A stretch of DNA of 64,000 bases, taken from Candidatus Sericytochromatia bacterium (GTDB lineage Bacteria > Cyanobacteriota > Sericytochromatia > UBA7694). Below the pieces are notes generated by a model. That model did not search any database, was not told the origin of the DNA, and was given only the letters and a program-made list of their open reading frames with translations. Numbering within the stretch: the stretch's first letter is position 1; every line of letters begins with the position of its first letter. Position numbers and translations under genes: made by a program. The stretch spans positions 28,642 to 92,641 of the forward strand of contig JACYMC010000173.1 in assembly GCA_015272195.1 (NCBI GenBank). Reading direction: 5' to 3'. Positions 38,584 to 47,756 of this stretch are shown here, piece by piece.

Positions 38584-41500
38584 CGGTTGATGGTCACCAG
38601 CACATCGTGATAGCCATAGCCCATTTCAGGAAAGCCTGCTCTGTAAACCTCTGCGCGCAGCAGATAGTTACCTTGCGGCAAGGTGCTGACGTCCCAGTTT
38701 ACAGTCGGTTGGGCTTTTTCAGACGCATCCAGTGTGTAGGGGCTAAACAGGCTTTTGGCTGGGTTGTACTGGTCTACCATTTCACGCGGCACTTCAGTAC
38801 CGTCATCGGCATAGCGCCAGGTGCGGCCGTTGTCGACGGAATACTTCAGGTTATAGACCAGGGGCGTGGTGTCCCACCAGTTGTCTGGGTAAGCCTGGGA
38901 GTATTTTTCGTTATCCCAGCGCTTCCAGGCCGTGGTGAAGTTGACCTCAATGCTGGCGGGATCGTCATAAGCGCGTTGTGCAGTGGGTGAGGTGATCTCA
39001 ATACGCGGTAACTGAACCGTACGGCCCGGGGCATCCCCTGGTATCGAAAGGTCACCCGCATCCATAAAGGTCTGCAGCGTACCGGCCTGTGACATGCGGG
39101 CCATCAGCATGACCCCTGTACCCGAGGTATTGGCAAAGCCATTGAGTAAGACATAGCCTGCCATTTCGTCACGCCCGCTGCGGGTCATTTTGACCATGCC
39201 GCTGGCAGTATTGGAGCTGCTGGAGTGGCGGTAATAGGTGTTTTGTCTGTTGGCCGTGCTGTCTACTGTGCCTGCACCGCTGTTAACAAAGCCCAGGGTA
39301 TTGCGCAGGCTGCTGATTTCAGGGTCGCCGTAACCACCAATCCCGCCGGTTGCGCCAGAGTCGATGGTAAAAGGGCGATTGGACGTGACGGTGTCAGGCA
39401 GGGTCAGGTTAAAGGCCCGGACCAGCAGGCGGCCCGCTTCGCCGGCGTCACCGTTTAAGACCGCATTGCCACCGGTGAAGCTGTGATTCACACGGCGATT
39501 GCCGCTGCCCGTGGGGTTACCGTTCATAAAACCACCTGAGCCAGTATGTTTCATGCGTCGCCGCCGGGTGCCGCTCAGCGCATAGGGGCCATTATCGACC
39601 GGTGATCTGAAGAAGCGGCGGTTATTCGTGGGCTCTGCGCTGGAGCGGTTGTGCGTTCCACTGACATATGAATGGTTGGGTAGGTTGCCGTTATCCACCC
39701 AGAACTGATAATCCTGATCCGGAAACAGCTCCTTTTGGGTGGGTTGAGCCCGCCAGCGCTCGTTGCCGCCGCCGGGAGTCGTATCGTCGGTGCTCAGGAT
39801 CGTGCGCCGTTCATCCCCTGTAATCTCGTTGATCAGGTTGTTGCTATTCGCCACGCTGCTGCCATCGGGACTTTGGCTCCAGGGCTGGCGACGAATCTGA
39901 AAGACTGCGTTGGTGCCGTCTGTACCCAGCTCCCCGCCAAGGGCGTGGTAATAATTGCTGTAACCGGAAACACTGTTGTAAATAGCGTTAGAGCGCAACA
40001 GGCCATGGTTAAAGAACTGAAAGTACCAGTTGAGATCCGTATCAATGCCTGAGAAGCTGGGGCCGCTGTTGCGGCTGAAGCCTTCTACACCTTTGTTGTT
40101 GGGGCCGCCCCAGTGGCGGCTGTAGCGATGGCGGACCTTGACATCGAGGTAAGGGGTATACAAAGCATCGCCGAGGTACTGGGCCTGCTCCACCTGGGGG
40201 ACCAAAAGGCTGTTGGCCGGCGGTGTGGTGGCTTCGAGAGTGAAAATATGCCCCATATAAGTGTAGGTTCGCGATACGTTATACAGGTGCGGGCGCATAT
40301 CCCGCTCATTTTCGTTGACGGGTGTTGCAGGGTTATTGGGCACATGCACATCACCGTCTCCCCAGACACCATCACAAAGCTCACGAATGGTGAGCGGACA
40401 GCCCAGCTCGTCGCTGTCGGGGGCGTTGCGATAAGGCGCTTCCCGGCGGGAAGCTGCCGGCGCGTCAGGATCAGCATCATTATGAACGATGCGGGTTTCA
40501 AGGGTCAGCTGCTGGCTGTTAAAATTGCTGCCCAGCACGCTGGCGCCTGTGTCAAGTGCCACGCGCCAGCGCGCGGTGTTTTTATAGCGGTCGCTATTGC
40601 CCTCTCTCAGATCGCGATCGTCAAAAGAGTCTGTGCCGTCATCTGCAACGGGTGCGGGAATGTATTCCAGTCCGTACAAGCGGCGGTCCTTGCGCAAGCC
40701 CGTGTTGCTGGGGCCGATAGGATGGCGTGTAGGCGTATCGTACAGCATCACCCGATAGCCACGCTGGGGAGCTCCCATCATCGTTTCGTCAATGGCTTCA
40801 ACGCTGAAGTCGCGATGACGCGTGACCGTCACCCCTGCAGGGACGGAGAGTGCTTGATTGGTTTGAATAACGGCTGTGGGTCCTGAGATGGCATTCACCT
40901 CGTTAATTCTGACGATCTGCTCATTGGCTCCGCCGGGATCGAGCACGATCAGCTGACCTCTGAGGTCGTCTCTGGCATCTGTGAGGCTGGCGCCCGCCAG
41001 GTCAGAGCTCCAGGTATTCAGCGTCAGGGTGGTGCCTGTTGCGGGCGCGGACGTCTGGCCCAGGATGCGGGCGGGGTAAAGGCAATCTGTTTCAGTCGCA
41101 CCAGGGGTGCAGCTCGGATCGTGGTTATCGGTAATCCGGCTGACGTTGGTACGCCCCTCATGCCGGCTGCTGTCGGTGCTCCAGCGCCGGTAGCGCACGT
41201 TTTCGCCGCCCACAATGCGTTCAATTTTGAGGGGGTTATTGGTAGACGTAAAGTCTGCGGGCGTAAAATTGGGGTAACGCAGGTAGCCGGGTCGGGTGAA
41301 GTCGTTATAGTTAGGCCCCTGACCGATGGTGGGAATAAAGAGTGAGGTTTTGGGAATCGAGTGGTCTTCTGGACTAACGGAGCTGCTGTAGCCTGTGTCG
41401 CCAGGGTTGCTCAGACGGTTTTCGCCAGGGTTAAGCTGCTCGTATGCATAGACACGCCAGGCGACTTCTGCGCCATTGTCGTAACGCAGATTTTCTGGAT

Positions 41501-42908
41501 GACTGACCACGCGTTTGTTTTGCAGTGAAACGTAGTTGGGGTCTATTTCGGTATCGCCGTTGCTTTGTTTGGCGGCAGGGAGGCTGGCCACATCGGGTGC
41601 GGGCGTACCGTTCAGTTTGAGAGCGATCTGATCGGGCTGCTTGGCCGGGTCAGAGTAGTTGCGGATCGGGGGCAAAGGCAGCAATTCGCCGTGCAGATTG
41701 ATGACAATCGCGTTGCGATAGCGCATTTCACCGCCCTGCATGGGGTCACCGTTATCGTTTAAGGGTGTGTTGAGATCTTCCAGGAAGTTGACCAGTGAGG
41801 GGTTGCGCGCAAAGAAGGGATCTGTAGTGGACAGACGTTTTTCCATGGCCAGTTGTTCGGGCCAGCGCATGACGTGGTTAAACTGGTCGGCCATGGCGTA
41901 GGGGCGGTAACCTGTAGCGTGTCCGGGCACATTAAATCCATTCACGTCATAGTGAGGGTGGTTGTTATTGACATGGGGAAAACGGGTGGTGTCGTCAGTA
42001 CGCACCCGTCCGCGAATGGCTGCCAGGGGGTAGTTCTCGTTGATGCTGCTATGGTTGATGCGCCCAGGATACAGGTAGATCCAGGGTAAAGGCTGATCAT
42101 TGGCTTCGTCAGCATCGTTGATGTAGGGCATATAATAAGGGTCGCGTCCATATCCCAAACGTGTGACAAAATGGCGGCGATAACGTAAGCCAGGGTTGCG
42201 TTGCTCCAAATCGGTCAGGGTCCGCTCAAAACTGGGGCGTAGATCCGCCAGGTCAACCCACCAGCTGGGGGCGTTTTCCATGGCAAGAATAAAGACATCA
42301 ACCACCTGGGTTGGGGGGGCGGCGGTCAGGTTGGTTTTGAGGATACCAGCCACAGATGCCAGGGGTTTGGGCAGGTCTTCGTTACTGTTGGGATCATAAC
42401 CAACCGGCAAATCGTTATTGTTGGGATCGGCATACCAGACAGACACTTTGACAAAGCGGGCAAACTCGTCGTTAGGTACCGGGTTGACCTGAACCTGGCG
42501 TACAAACTTCCACTTACCGCTGTTGCGCTGGTTGGCGCTGATCGGATCCCCCGGATCGTCAATCGATCTGGAAACCAGACCGTCAGGGCTATCGACCTCT
42601 TTGCGTTCGGTACTCAGAACATTGTTAAAGCGGGAACCGTCACTGAAGTTCTGCAGTTTGCTGATATCCGTTTCACGGTTGGCCTGAACAAAGGAACGCA
42701 GCTCCTCGAACATTTGTGTGGCTTTCTGAGCAGCAAAGGTGCGATCATTAACGCTGGTGGTGCGCTGCATGACCGTGGTTTGGACCGCCACAGCGCCGCC
42801 CACAGCCACCGAGAGCATGGCACTTGCCACCAGGACTTCCATCAAAGAAAAACCGCGTTGATTGCGGGTTTTGGTCCCTTTTTTCTTGTTTCGCTGGATC
42901 ATACTCAC
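38580..42908 (-). CDS. Giant (1442 aa) pilin-fused protein; candidate pilus tip adhesin/minor pilin
   Basis: Its N-terminus QRGFSLMEVLVASAMLSVAVGGAV is a class III prepilin signal with Glu+5. The body is long and Asn/Asp/Gly/Pro-rich with no further TM. ATGA overlaps lie at both ends (42905-42908 and 38580-38583). Confidence 0.75.
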   Translation of the reverse strand: MSMIQRNKKKGTKTRNQRGFSLMEVLVASAMLSVAVGGAVAVQTTVMQRTTSVNDRTFAAQKATQMFEELRSFVQANRETDISKLQNFSDGSRFNNVLSTERKEVDSPDGLVSRSIDDPGDPISANQRNSGKWKFVRQVQVNPVPNDEFARFVKVSVWYADPNNNDLPVGYDPNSNEDLPKPLASVAGILKTNLTAAPPTQVVDVFILAMENAPSWWVDLADLRPSFERTLTDLEQRNPGLRYRRHFVTRLGYGRDPYYMPYINDADEANDQPLPWIYLYPGRINHSSINENYPLAAIRGRVRTDDTTRFPHVNNNHPHYDVNGFNVPGHATGYRPYAMADQFNHVMRWPEQLAMEKRLSTTDPFFARNPSLVNFLEDLNTPLNDNGDPMQGGEMRYRNAIVINLHGELLPLPPIRNYSDPAKQPDQIALKLNGTPAPDVASLPAAKQSNGDTEIDPNYVSLQNKRVVSHPENLRYDNGAEVAWRVYAYEQLNPGENRLSNPGDTGYSSSVSPEDHSIPKTSLFIPTIGQGPNYNDFTRPGYLRYPNFTPADFTSTNNPLKIERIVGGENVRYRRWSTDSSRHEGRTNVSRITDNHDPSCTPGATETDCLYPARILGQTSAPATGTTLTLNTWSSDLAGASLTDARDDLRGQLIVLDPGGANEQIVRINEVNAISGPTAVIQTNQALSVPAGVTVTRHRDFSVEAIDETMMGAPQRGYRVMLYDTPTRHPIGPSNTGLRKDRRLYGLEYIPAPVADDGTDSFDDRDLREGNSDRYKNTARWRVALDTGASVLGSNFNSQQLTLETRIVHNDADPDAPAASRREAPYRNAPDSDELGCPLTIRELCDGVWGDGDVHVPNNPATPVNENERDMRPHLYNVSRTYTYMGHIFTLEATTPPANSLLVPQVEQAQYLGDALYTPYLDVKVRHRYSRHWGGPNNKGVEGFSRNSGPSFSGIDTDLNWYFQFFNHGLLRSNAIYNSVSGYSNYYHALGGELGTDGTNAVFQIRRQPWSQSPDGSSVANSNNLINEITGDERRTILSTDDTTPGGGNERWRAQPTQKELFPDQDYQFWVDNGNLPNHSYVSGTHNRSSAEPTNNRRFFRSPVDNGPYALSGTRRRRMKHTGSGGFMNGNPTGSGNRRVNHSFTGGNAVLNGDAGEAGRLLVRAFNLTLPDTVTSNRPFTIDSGATGGIGGYGDPEISSLRNTLGFVNSGAGTVDSTANRQNTYYRHSSSSNTASGMVKMTRSGRDEMAGYVLLNGFANTSGTGVMLMARMSQAGTLQTFMDAGDLSIPGDAPGRTVQLPRIEITSPTAQRAYDDPASIEVNFTTAWKRWDNEKYSQAYPDNWWDTTPLVYNLKYSVDNGRTWRYADDGTEVPREMVDQYNPAKSLFSPYTLDASEKAQPTVNWDVSTLPQGNYLLRAEVYRAGFPEMGYGYHDVLVTINR

Positions 42909-44131
42909 TCCACCTCAATGATTGAATAGGAAAGGTTGTTTTCGCGGTATAGACCCAGTCTGTTCTGGGTGTTGCGCACAATATTGTGATTGTATTCGAT
43001 ACTGGTATTGCCGGACGTGGCATTACAGTTCATGCGACCGGTGATAACGGCCCCACTGAGGGAGTTATCGCGCCCAACAGTCAGTTGGCCAGTAACATAA
43101 ATGATGCCGGTGAACAGGGAGTTGCTGTTGTTTTTCAACGTCAGGTTGCCATTGACATAAAGCAAGCCCTCTCCTGCCAGAGGCTTTTCTGGTGTAAAGG
43201 TAAAATTGCCCTGCAGATAGGTGATCGAAAAGGGCAAGCGTTCGGGCAGGCTGTTGACATTGGTGTAAACACGGTCTGATAAGCCTCTCAGCTCATTGTC
43301 TGTCACCCCAAAAAAGACTTCGGTTGTGAGCTGTTCTGGGTTTGACTCCCGCATGGCAAGGCCGCCGGGTGTAATTAAGGTTGCTGAAGGCAAAGAACCA
43401 CCTGAAAAATAATTGATGGCGCTGGTTGCATCATCGTCACCAATCAGATGGCAGCGGCTGCCAAAAGTATGGCCGCCACTGGATGCAGTCACGCTGACGG
43501 GCGAAGTGGGGGCGCGCATGGCAATACGCACAATTTCGCTTTTAACAGCAGCACGGCTTAAAATGCGGTTGGGCGCGTCTTCAGGGCCGGTATTAAAGCT
43601 GTAGGAATCACTGTTTTTGGTGAAGTCGTTGCGTATATAAACAATGCCTTCGCTGAAAATTGACCATACCGTGCCGTTGGGAATGCTGCTGCCGGCTGTT
43701 TTGGCACGTTGCACGCTGACATCCCGAACCAGCTGTGTACTGGCTGTGCTGCAGTCGCTGCGGGGAACAATATAGCGTCCATAAATATTGCCGGAGATCT
43801 GATAATCCCGCACAATACCCTGGCTCTCATCGATCGTTTCAGAAACCAGCTCGTCATCACTGTAAACCGGAGCAAAACCTTCATCTGCACAGCTGGAAGA
43901 AGCAGGAGCCTGAACGGGTTGTTGATCCTGATTCTTGAACCAGCCAATGGCATCCTGAAGACCGGCTTGCGCCACGTTACTGGCCTGGGCGTGGTCTGTA
44001 AATTCTTTGCTGGTGTCTTTGAGTGATTGAATGACCAGCCGCGTTGAGGCTGCACCCAGCAAAAGCATAACGGTTGTTAACATGAGCACGGTTGCGATGG
44101 CCAGGCCTGATTCATGATGGTGCTTGCGCAT
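42905..44131 (-). CDS. PilX-like minor pilin-family protein (PilX N-terminal domain)
   Basis: The N-terminus is MRKHHHESGLAIATVLMLTTVMLLLGAASTRLVIQSLKD. A GGGGAAAGAG SD lies upstream of ATG 44131; the ORF is open to 44197. Confidence 0.65.
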   Translation of the reverse strand: MRKHHHESGLAIATVLMLTTVMLLLGAASTRLVIQSLKDTSKEFTDHAQASNVAQAGLQDAIGWFKNQDQQPVQAPASSSCADEGFAPVYSDDELVSETIDESQGIVRDYQISGNIYGRYIVPRSDCSTASTQLVRDVSVQRAKTAGSSIPNGTVWSIFSEGIVYIRNDFTKNSDSYSFNTGPEDAPNRILSRAAVKSEIVRIAMRAPTSPVSVTASSGGHTFGSRCHLIGDDDATSAINYFSGGSLPSATLITPGGLAMRESNPEQLTTEVFFGVTDNELRGLSDRVYTNVNSLPERLPFSITYLQGNFTFTPEKPLAGEGLLYVNGNLTLKNNSNSLFTGIIYVTGQLTVGRDNSLSGAVITGRMNCNATSGNTSIEYNHNIVRNTQNRLGLYRENNLSYSIIEVE

Positions 44132-44410
44132 GCATCTCTTTCCCCACATCGTCTGTGCGCGTTCACCTGCTGACGAAAGCGTGTGGGAAAAGGCCATGCA
44201 GGAAGCCTGGCATTCATGATTTAGCTATCGCGTGCACAGGATAAGCAGGTGGGTTCCTGCGACCTGTTGCGATAATCATCGAACTGTCCTGAGAGAGAAA
44301 GACAGCCGGGTTCCACTTACACTAACGACATCTGAGAGAACAAACACATGGATTCGTTTGATGATCTTATTATAGGCGCAGGGTTTAAGTTTTGTAAATA
44401 GGTGTTCAGC

Positions 44411-44447
44411 TTAAAAAAAATAAAGCTGATGCTTTGAACATCAGCTT
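44411..44447 (-). terminator. Rho-independent terminator downstream of ftsZ (stem AAGCTGATG/CATCAGCTT, loop ctttgaa, followed on the minus strand by a T8 tract)
   Basis: A perfect 9 bp stem at 44423-44431/44439-44447 has its A-run at 44413-44420 on the plus strand, which is the U-tract for the minus-strand transcript. It lies 33 nt after the ftsZ stop. Confidence 0.8.
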
Positions 44448-44479
44448 TAATCAGGGTTTAAGCTTGCTAAGGTGTCAGC

Positions 44480-45841
44480 TTAACGTCGGGGCTGCAAAAA
44501 GGGGGGCAGCTCCAGCTGATCCGGTGGCGGATTATTATTGGGCGGTGTGGCTTGCACGGGTGGCGGCGCAGGCTGCTGCACCGGAGGGGGTGGCGGCGGA
44601 GCCTGAACCGGCGGCGCCGGAGCGGCAACCGGTGGCGGTGCTTGCTGCACCGGTGGTGTGGCTTGTTGTACAGGGGCCGACGCCTGTACGGGTGGCGGGG
44701 CTGCCGGCTGGGGGTGCTGCGCCACGGGCGCCGGGGCTGAGCCATTGCCTGATGCCGGCGCAGCAGGGGGTGCTGCGGGTTGAGCCGGTGGTGCCGGGGG
44801 CGGTGTATAGCTGGCAGCCGGTGGATTGGGGCGTGGCTGAGGCGTGGGTGCCGGACGGGCTTTTTCGGCCTGGCGGTTGAGGGGATGCTTCTGATCTTTA
44901 AAGCCGGTGGCAATCACGGTGATTTTGAGCTCGCCGTGCAGCCGCTCATCAATCACGGCGCCAAAGATAATGTTGGCGTCAGGGCTCGCCACGCCATAGA
45001 TCACTTCAGCAGCTTCATTAACCTCAAACAGGGTCAAATCGGAACCGCCTGTGACGTTAAAGATAATGCCGTTGGCGCCTTCAATCGACGCTTCCAGCAG
45101 CGGGCTGGCAATGGCCGCTTTGGAGGCGGCAGCAGCTCGGCCTTCGCCACTGGCGTGACCAATGCCCATCAGGGCGGAGCCCGCGCTGGCCATCACGGCT
45201 TTGATATCGGCAAAGTCAACGTTGATCAGGCCCGGAATGGTGATGATGTCTGAAATGCCCTGCACGCCCTGGCGCAGCACGTCGTCGGCCACCTGAAAGG
45301 CTTCCTGGATCGAGGTGCGCTTTTCGACCACGGTCAGCAGCCGATCGTTGGGGATCACAATCAGGGTATCGACCTGCTCGCGGAAGCTCTTGATGCCTTC
45401 TTCGGCCTGGCTCCAGCGGCGGCGGCCCTCAAAGGTAAAGGGGCGGGTGACAACACCGACGGTCAGTGCGCCCTGCTGGCGCGCAATTTCGGCCACAATC
45501 GGGGCACCACCGGTGCCTGAACCGCCGCCCATGCCGCAGGTAATAAAAACCATATCGGCACCCTCAAGGGCTGCGGCGACTTCATCGCGGCTTTCGTCGG
45601 CGGCTTTTTGCCCCACGACAGGGTTGCCCCCTGCACCGAGGCCACGGGTCACCTTCTGGCCGACCTGGATTTTGTATTCGGCCTGGGAGAGCTCCAGGGC
45701 CTGAGCGTCGGTGTTGATCGCAATGAACTCAACGCCGTTCAGACCGGCTGAGACCATGCGGTTAACGGCATTGCCGCCGCCGCCGCCAACACCGACGACT
45801 TTGATGTTTGCGACTGATGATAATCTGTTCATTGCATCCAT
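44480..45841 (-). CDS. ftsZ: Cell division GTPase FtsZ with an unusually long Pro/Ala/Gln-rich C-terminal linker
   Basis: The tubulin signature is GGGTGTG-type ([18 protein letters not shown]) with an N-terminal [16 protein letters not shown] ~125 aa Pro-rich linker ends in the conserved C-terminal peptide [13 protein letters not shown]. Confidence 0.95.
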   Translation of the reverse strand: MDAMNRLSSVANIKVVGVGGGGGNAVNRMVSAGLNGVEFIAINTDAQALELSQAEYKIQVGQKVTRGLGAGGNPVVGQKAADESRDEVAAALEGADMVFITCGMGGGSGTGGAPIVAEIARQQGALTVGVVTRPFTFEGRRRWSQAEEGIKSFREQVDTLIVIPNDRLLTVVEKRTSIQEAFQVADDVLRQGVQGISDIITIPGLINVDFADIKAVMASAGSALMGIGHASGEGRAAAASKAAIASPLLEASIEGANGIIFNVTGGSDLTLFEVNEAAEVIYGVASPDANIIFGAVIDERLHGELKITVIATGFKDQKHPLNRQAEKARPAPTPQPRPNPPAASYTPPPAPPAQPAAPPAAPASGNGSAPAPVAQHPQPAAPPPVQASAPVQQATPPVQQAPPPVAAPAPPVQAPPPPPPVQQPAPPPVQATPPNNNPPPDQLELPPFLQPRR

Positions 45842-45991
45842 GCCAGGATTTTACCTTCTCTTTCGCTCATTCGCTGTGGGCTGTGTTGCAGGAGGCCATG
45901 CACAGCTCTGGGCTAGCGCTTGTTCCACTGGTTGATTTGTTTTTCAGTACTGGCAATTATACTATAAATTGTGGGGTTTCGCAGTGGGATT

Positions 45992-46720
45992 TCAGCGTGT
46001 TTTGATAACCGGGTGTTTCCAGAAACGCAAATCCAGATAGGCAATGTCGGCCTGTTCTTTTTCGGCTGTTTTGAGACTGGCTTCAATCAGTTGCAGCTTG
46101 ACCGGCAGATCTTCTGCCCGGCCCAGCCACACTTTTAAATTGCGCTCATTCAGATGCAGAATCAGGTTTTGGGGATTACTGATATTAAAAACGCCGTCAA
46201 CCTGGAGGCGCCCCTGAGACTGCAGGGTTTCGAGCTGGCGCAGCAAGTCCAGGTTTGGGGTGGGTAGTACGGTTTGCAAAAGCCCCGGGTCGGCACTGAT
46301 TTGTAAGAGGCTTTTGGGTGCATGGCTGGCCGGTAGCGGCAGCACCACCCCTTCATGATCGATGACGCTGCTGGCGTTGACGCTGTAGGCGTAATGCTTT
46401 TTTTCATGCAGAATCAGATAAGCGGCCTTGCGTTCCTGCACTTTGATCACCAGCCGCGTGGGCAACAGCTCTCTTTCAAACTGGGCGGTCTGGACCAGCG
46501 GGTTTTGTTCAGCCAGGTCTTTAAGGGTCAGCGGATTGAGTCTGAGGACATGCTGACCCTTGATGTTTTGCGCGCTGACAAGCTGCTCGAGCCAGGCCTG
46601 GGTGTGGGGGCTGCTGCCGCGAATCTCGATATTCTGAATCCACCAGAAGTGGGCCGTCCAGATCATCCACAGGCACGAAGCCATCACCATGGCGGCCATG
46701 ATGCCCAGATAGTCGGGCAT
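45992..46720 (-). CDS. ftsQ: Cell division protein FtsQ/DivIB (POTRA domain)
   Basis: The TM segment is IMAAMVMASCLWMIW and is followed by POTRA-like IQNIEIRG...LKDLAEQNPLVQTAQFERELLPTRLVIKVQER. The start is taken at ATG 46720 (the ORF is open to 46816, which would overlap murB by 65 nt). Confidence 0.75.
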   Translation of the reverse strand: MPDYLGIMAAMVMASCLWMIWTAHFWWIQNIEIRGSSPHTQAWLEQLVSAQNIKGQHVLRLNPLTLKDLAEQNPLVQTAQFERELLPTRLVIKVQERKAAYLILHEKKHYAYSVNASSVIDHEGVVLPLPASHAPKSLLQISADPGLLQTVLPTPNLDLLRQLETLQSQGRLQVDGVFNISNPQNLILHLNERNLKVWLGRAEDLPVKLQLIEASLKTAEKEQADIAYLDLRFWKHPVIKTR

Positions 46721-46751
46721 GTGTCTGGCTGAAGAACGCCGGGGCACGGCC

Positions 46752-47756
46752 TCAGAACTCGCCCAGAAAAATGGCTTCGGGCTCCAGCAGAATCTGGTTT
46801 TTGTGCCAGACCTCATGCTGCAGATTGCGAATCAGCTGACAGGCATCCTGGGCCGAAGCTTTGCCCAGGTTGACAATAAAATTGGCGTGGCTGGGTGAGA
46901 CCTGTACTTTGCCCTGAACACGCCCTTTGGCGCCCAGCTGTTCAATCAAACGTCCGGCATAATCGCCGGGCGGATTGCGAAAAACAGAGCCGCAGTTGGG
47001 CTGGCGGATATCGTGCTGGGGTTTGCGGCGGGCGTCAGCAGCGTCAAAGCGTTCCTGAATGGCTTCTGCAGCGGCGGGCTGCAGTCGGATCGTGGCTTCC
47101 AGGACAATTTCAGCATTGAATTTATAATCACTCCAGCGGTAGCCGTGCTGAATCTGATCGCGTCGCCGCACCACCTTCTGACCCGAAGGGGTGAGGCTGG
47201 TGATGCTTTCGACCACGTCAAAAAATTCGGTCTGGCAAGCACCGGCGTTCATCGTGACCGCACCGCCCACGGTGCCCGGAATACCCCAGAGCTGCTCAAT
47301 ACCGCTGAGTTCCATGCTGATGGCTTTTTTGATCAGGGTACCCAGCCTGACGCCGGCCTGGGCCCGTACACGGCCATCGGGTAAAAAGGCAAAGTCTGCA
47401 AAACGATGGGTAATATGCATCACCAGTCCCGGCAACCCCTGATCAGAGATCAGAACATTGGAGCCGCCGCCCAGGATAGTCAGTGGTATGCCCTGGGTCT
47501 GGGTCAGCTTCAGAATCTGCTGGATTTCACTTTCGCTGCCCGGTGCAACATACCATTCGGCAGGCCCACCAATTCGCCAGGAAGTAAAAGGGGCAAGAGA
47601 CTTCCCGGATATAAAACTGTCAGACAACCTGGCGCTGGGGCCCGCGCTGAATGGGTGCGTAAACAATATTGTTTTCCTGTTCAGTTTTTGAATTGGGGGC
47701 CGCTGGCTTTCCCGCCAGCAAAAGTCCTGAAAGCTCTGTGATATTCCCTGCCCCAA
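46752..47756 (-). CDS. murB: UDP-N-acetylenolpyruvoylglucosamine reductase
   Basis: The FAD-binding MurB motifs are FTSWRIGGPAEWYV, ILGGGSNVL and GIPGTVGGAVTMNAGA. The ORF as given overlaps murC by 137 nt, so the true start is probably a downstream non-ATG codon near 47600. Confidence 0.8.
   Translation of the reverse strand: MGQGISQSFQDFCWRESQRPPIQKLNRKTILFTHPFSAGPSARLSDSFISGKSLAPFTSWRIGGPAEWYVAPGSESEIQQILKLTQTQGIPLTILGGGSNVLISDQGLPGLVMHITHRFADFAFLPDGRVRAQAGVRLGTLIKKAISMELSGIEQLWGIPGTVGGAVTMNAGACQTEFFDVVESITSLTPSGQKVVRRRDQIQHGYRWSDYKFNAEIVLEATIRLQPAAAEAIQERFDAADARRKPQHDIRQPNCGSVFRNPPGDYAGRLIEQLGAKGRVQGKVQVSPSHANFIVNLGKASAQDACQLIRNLQHEVWHKNQILLEPEAIFLGEF

Noticed and set aside
44500-44900. 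Repetitive ccggtgg/cggcgg-type DNA that superficially resembles a repeat array
   Set aside because: It encodes the Pro/Ala-rich FtsZ C-terminal linker in frame. There is no spacer/repeat periodicity, so it is not a CRISPR or VNTR element.
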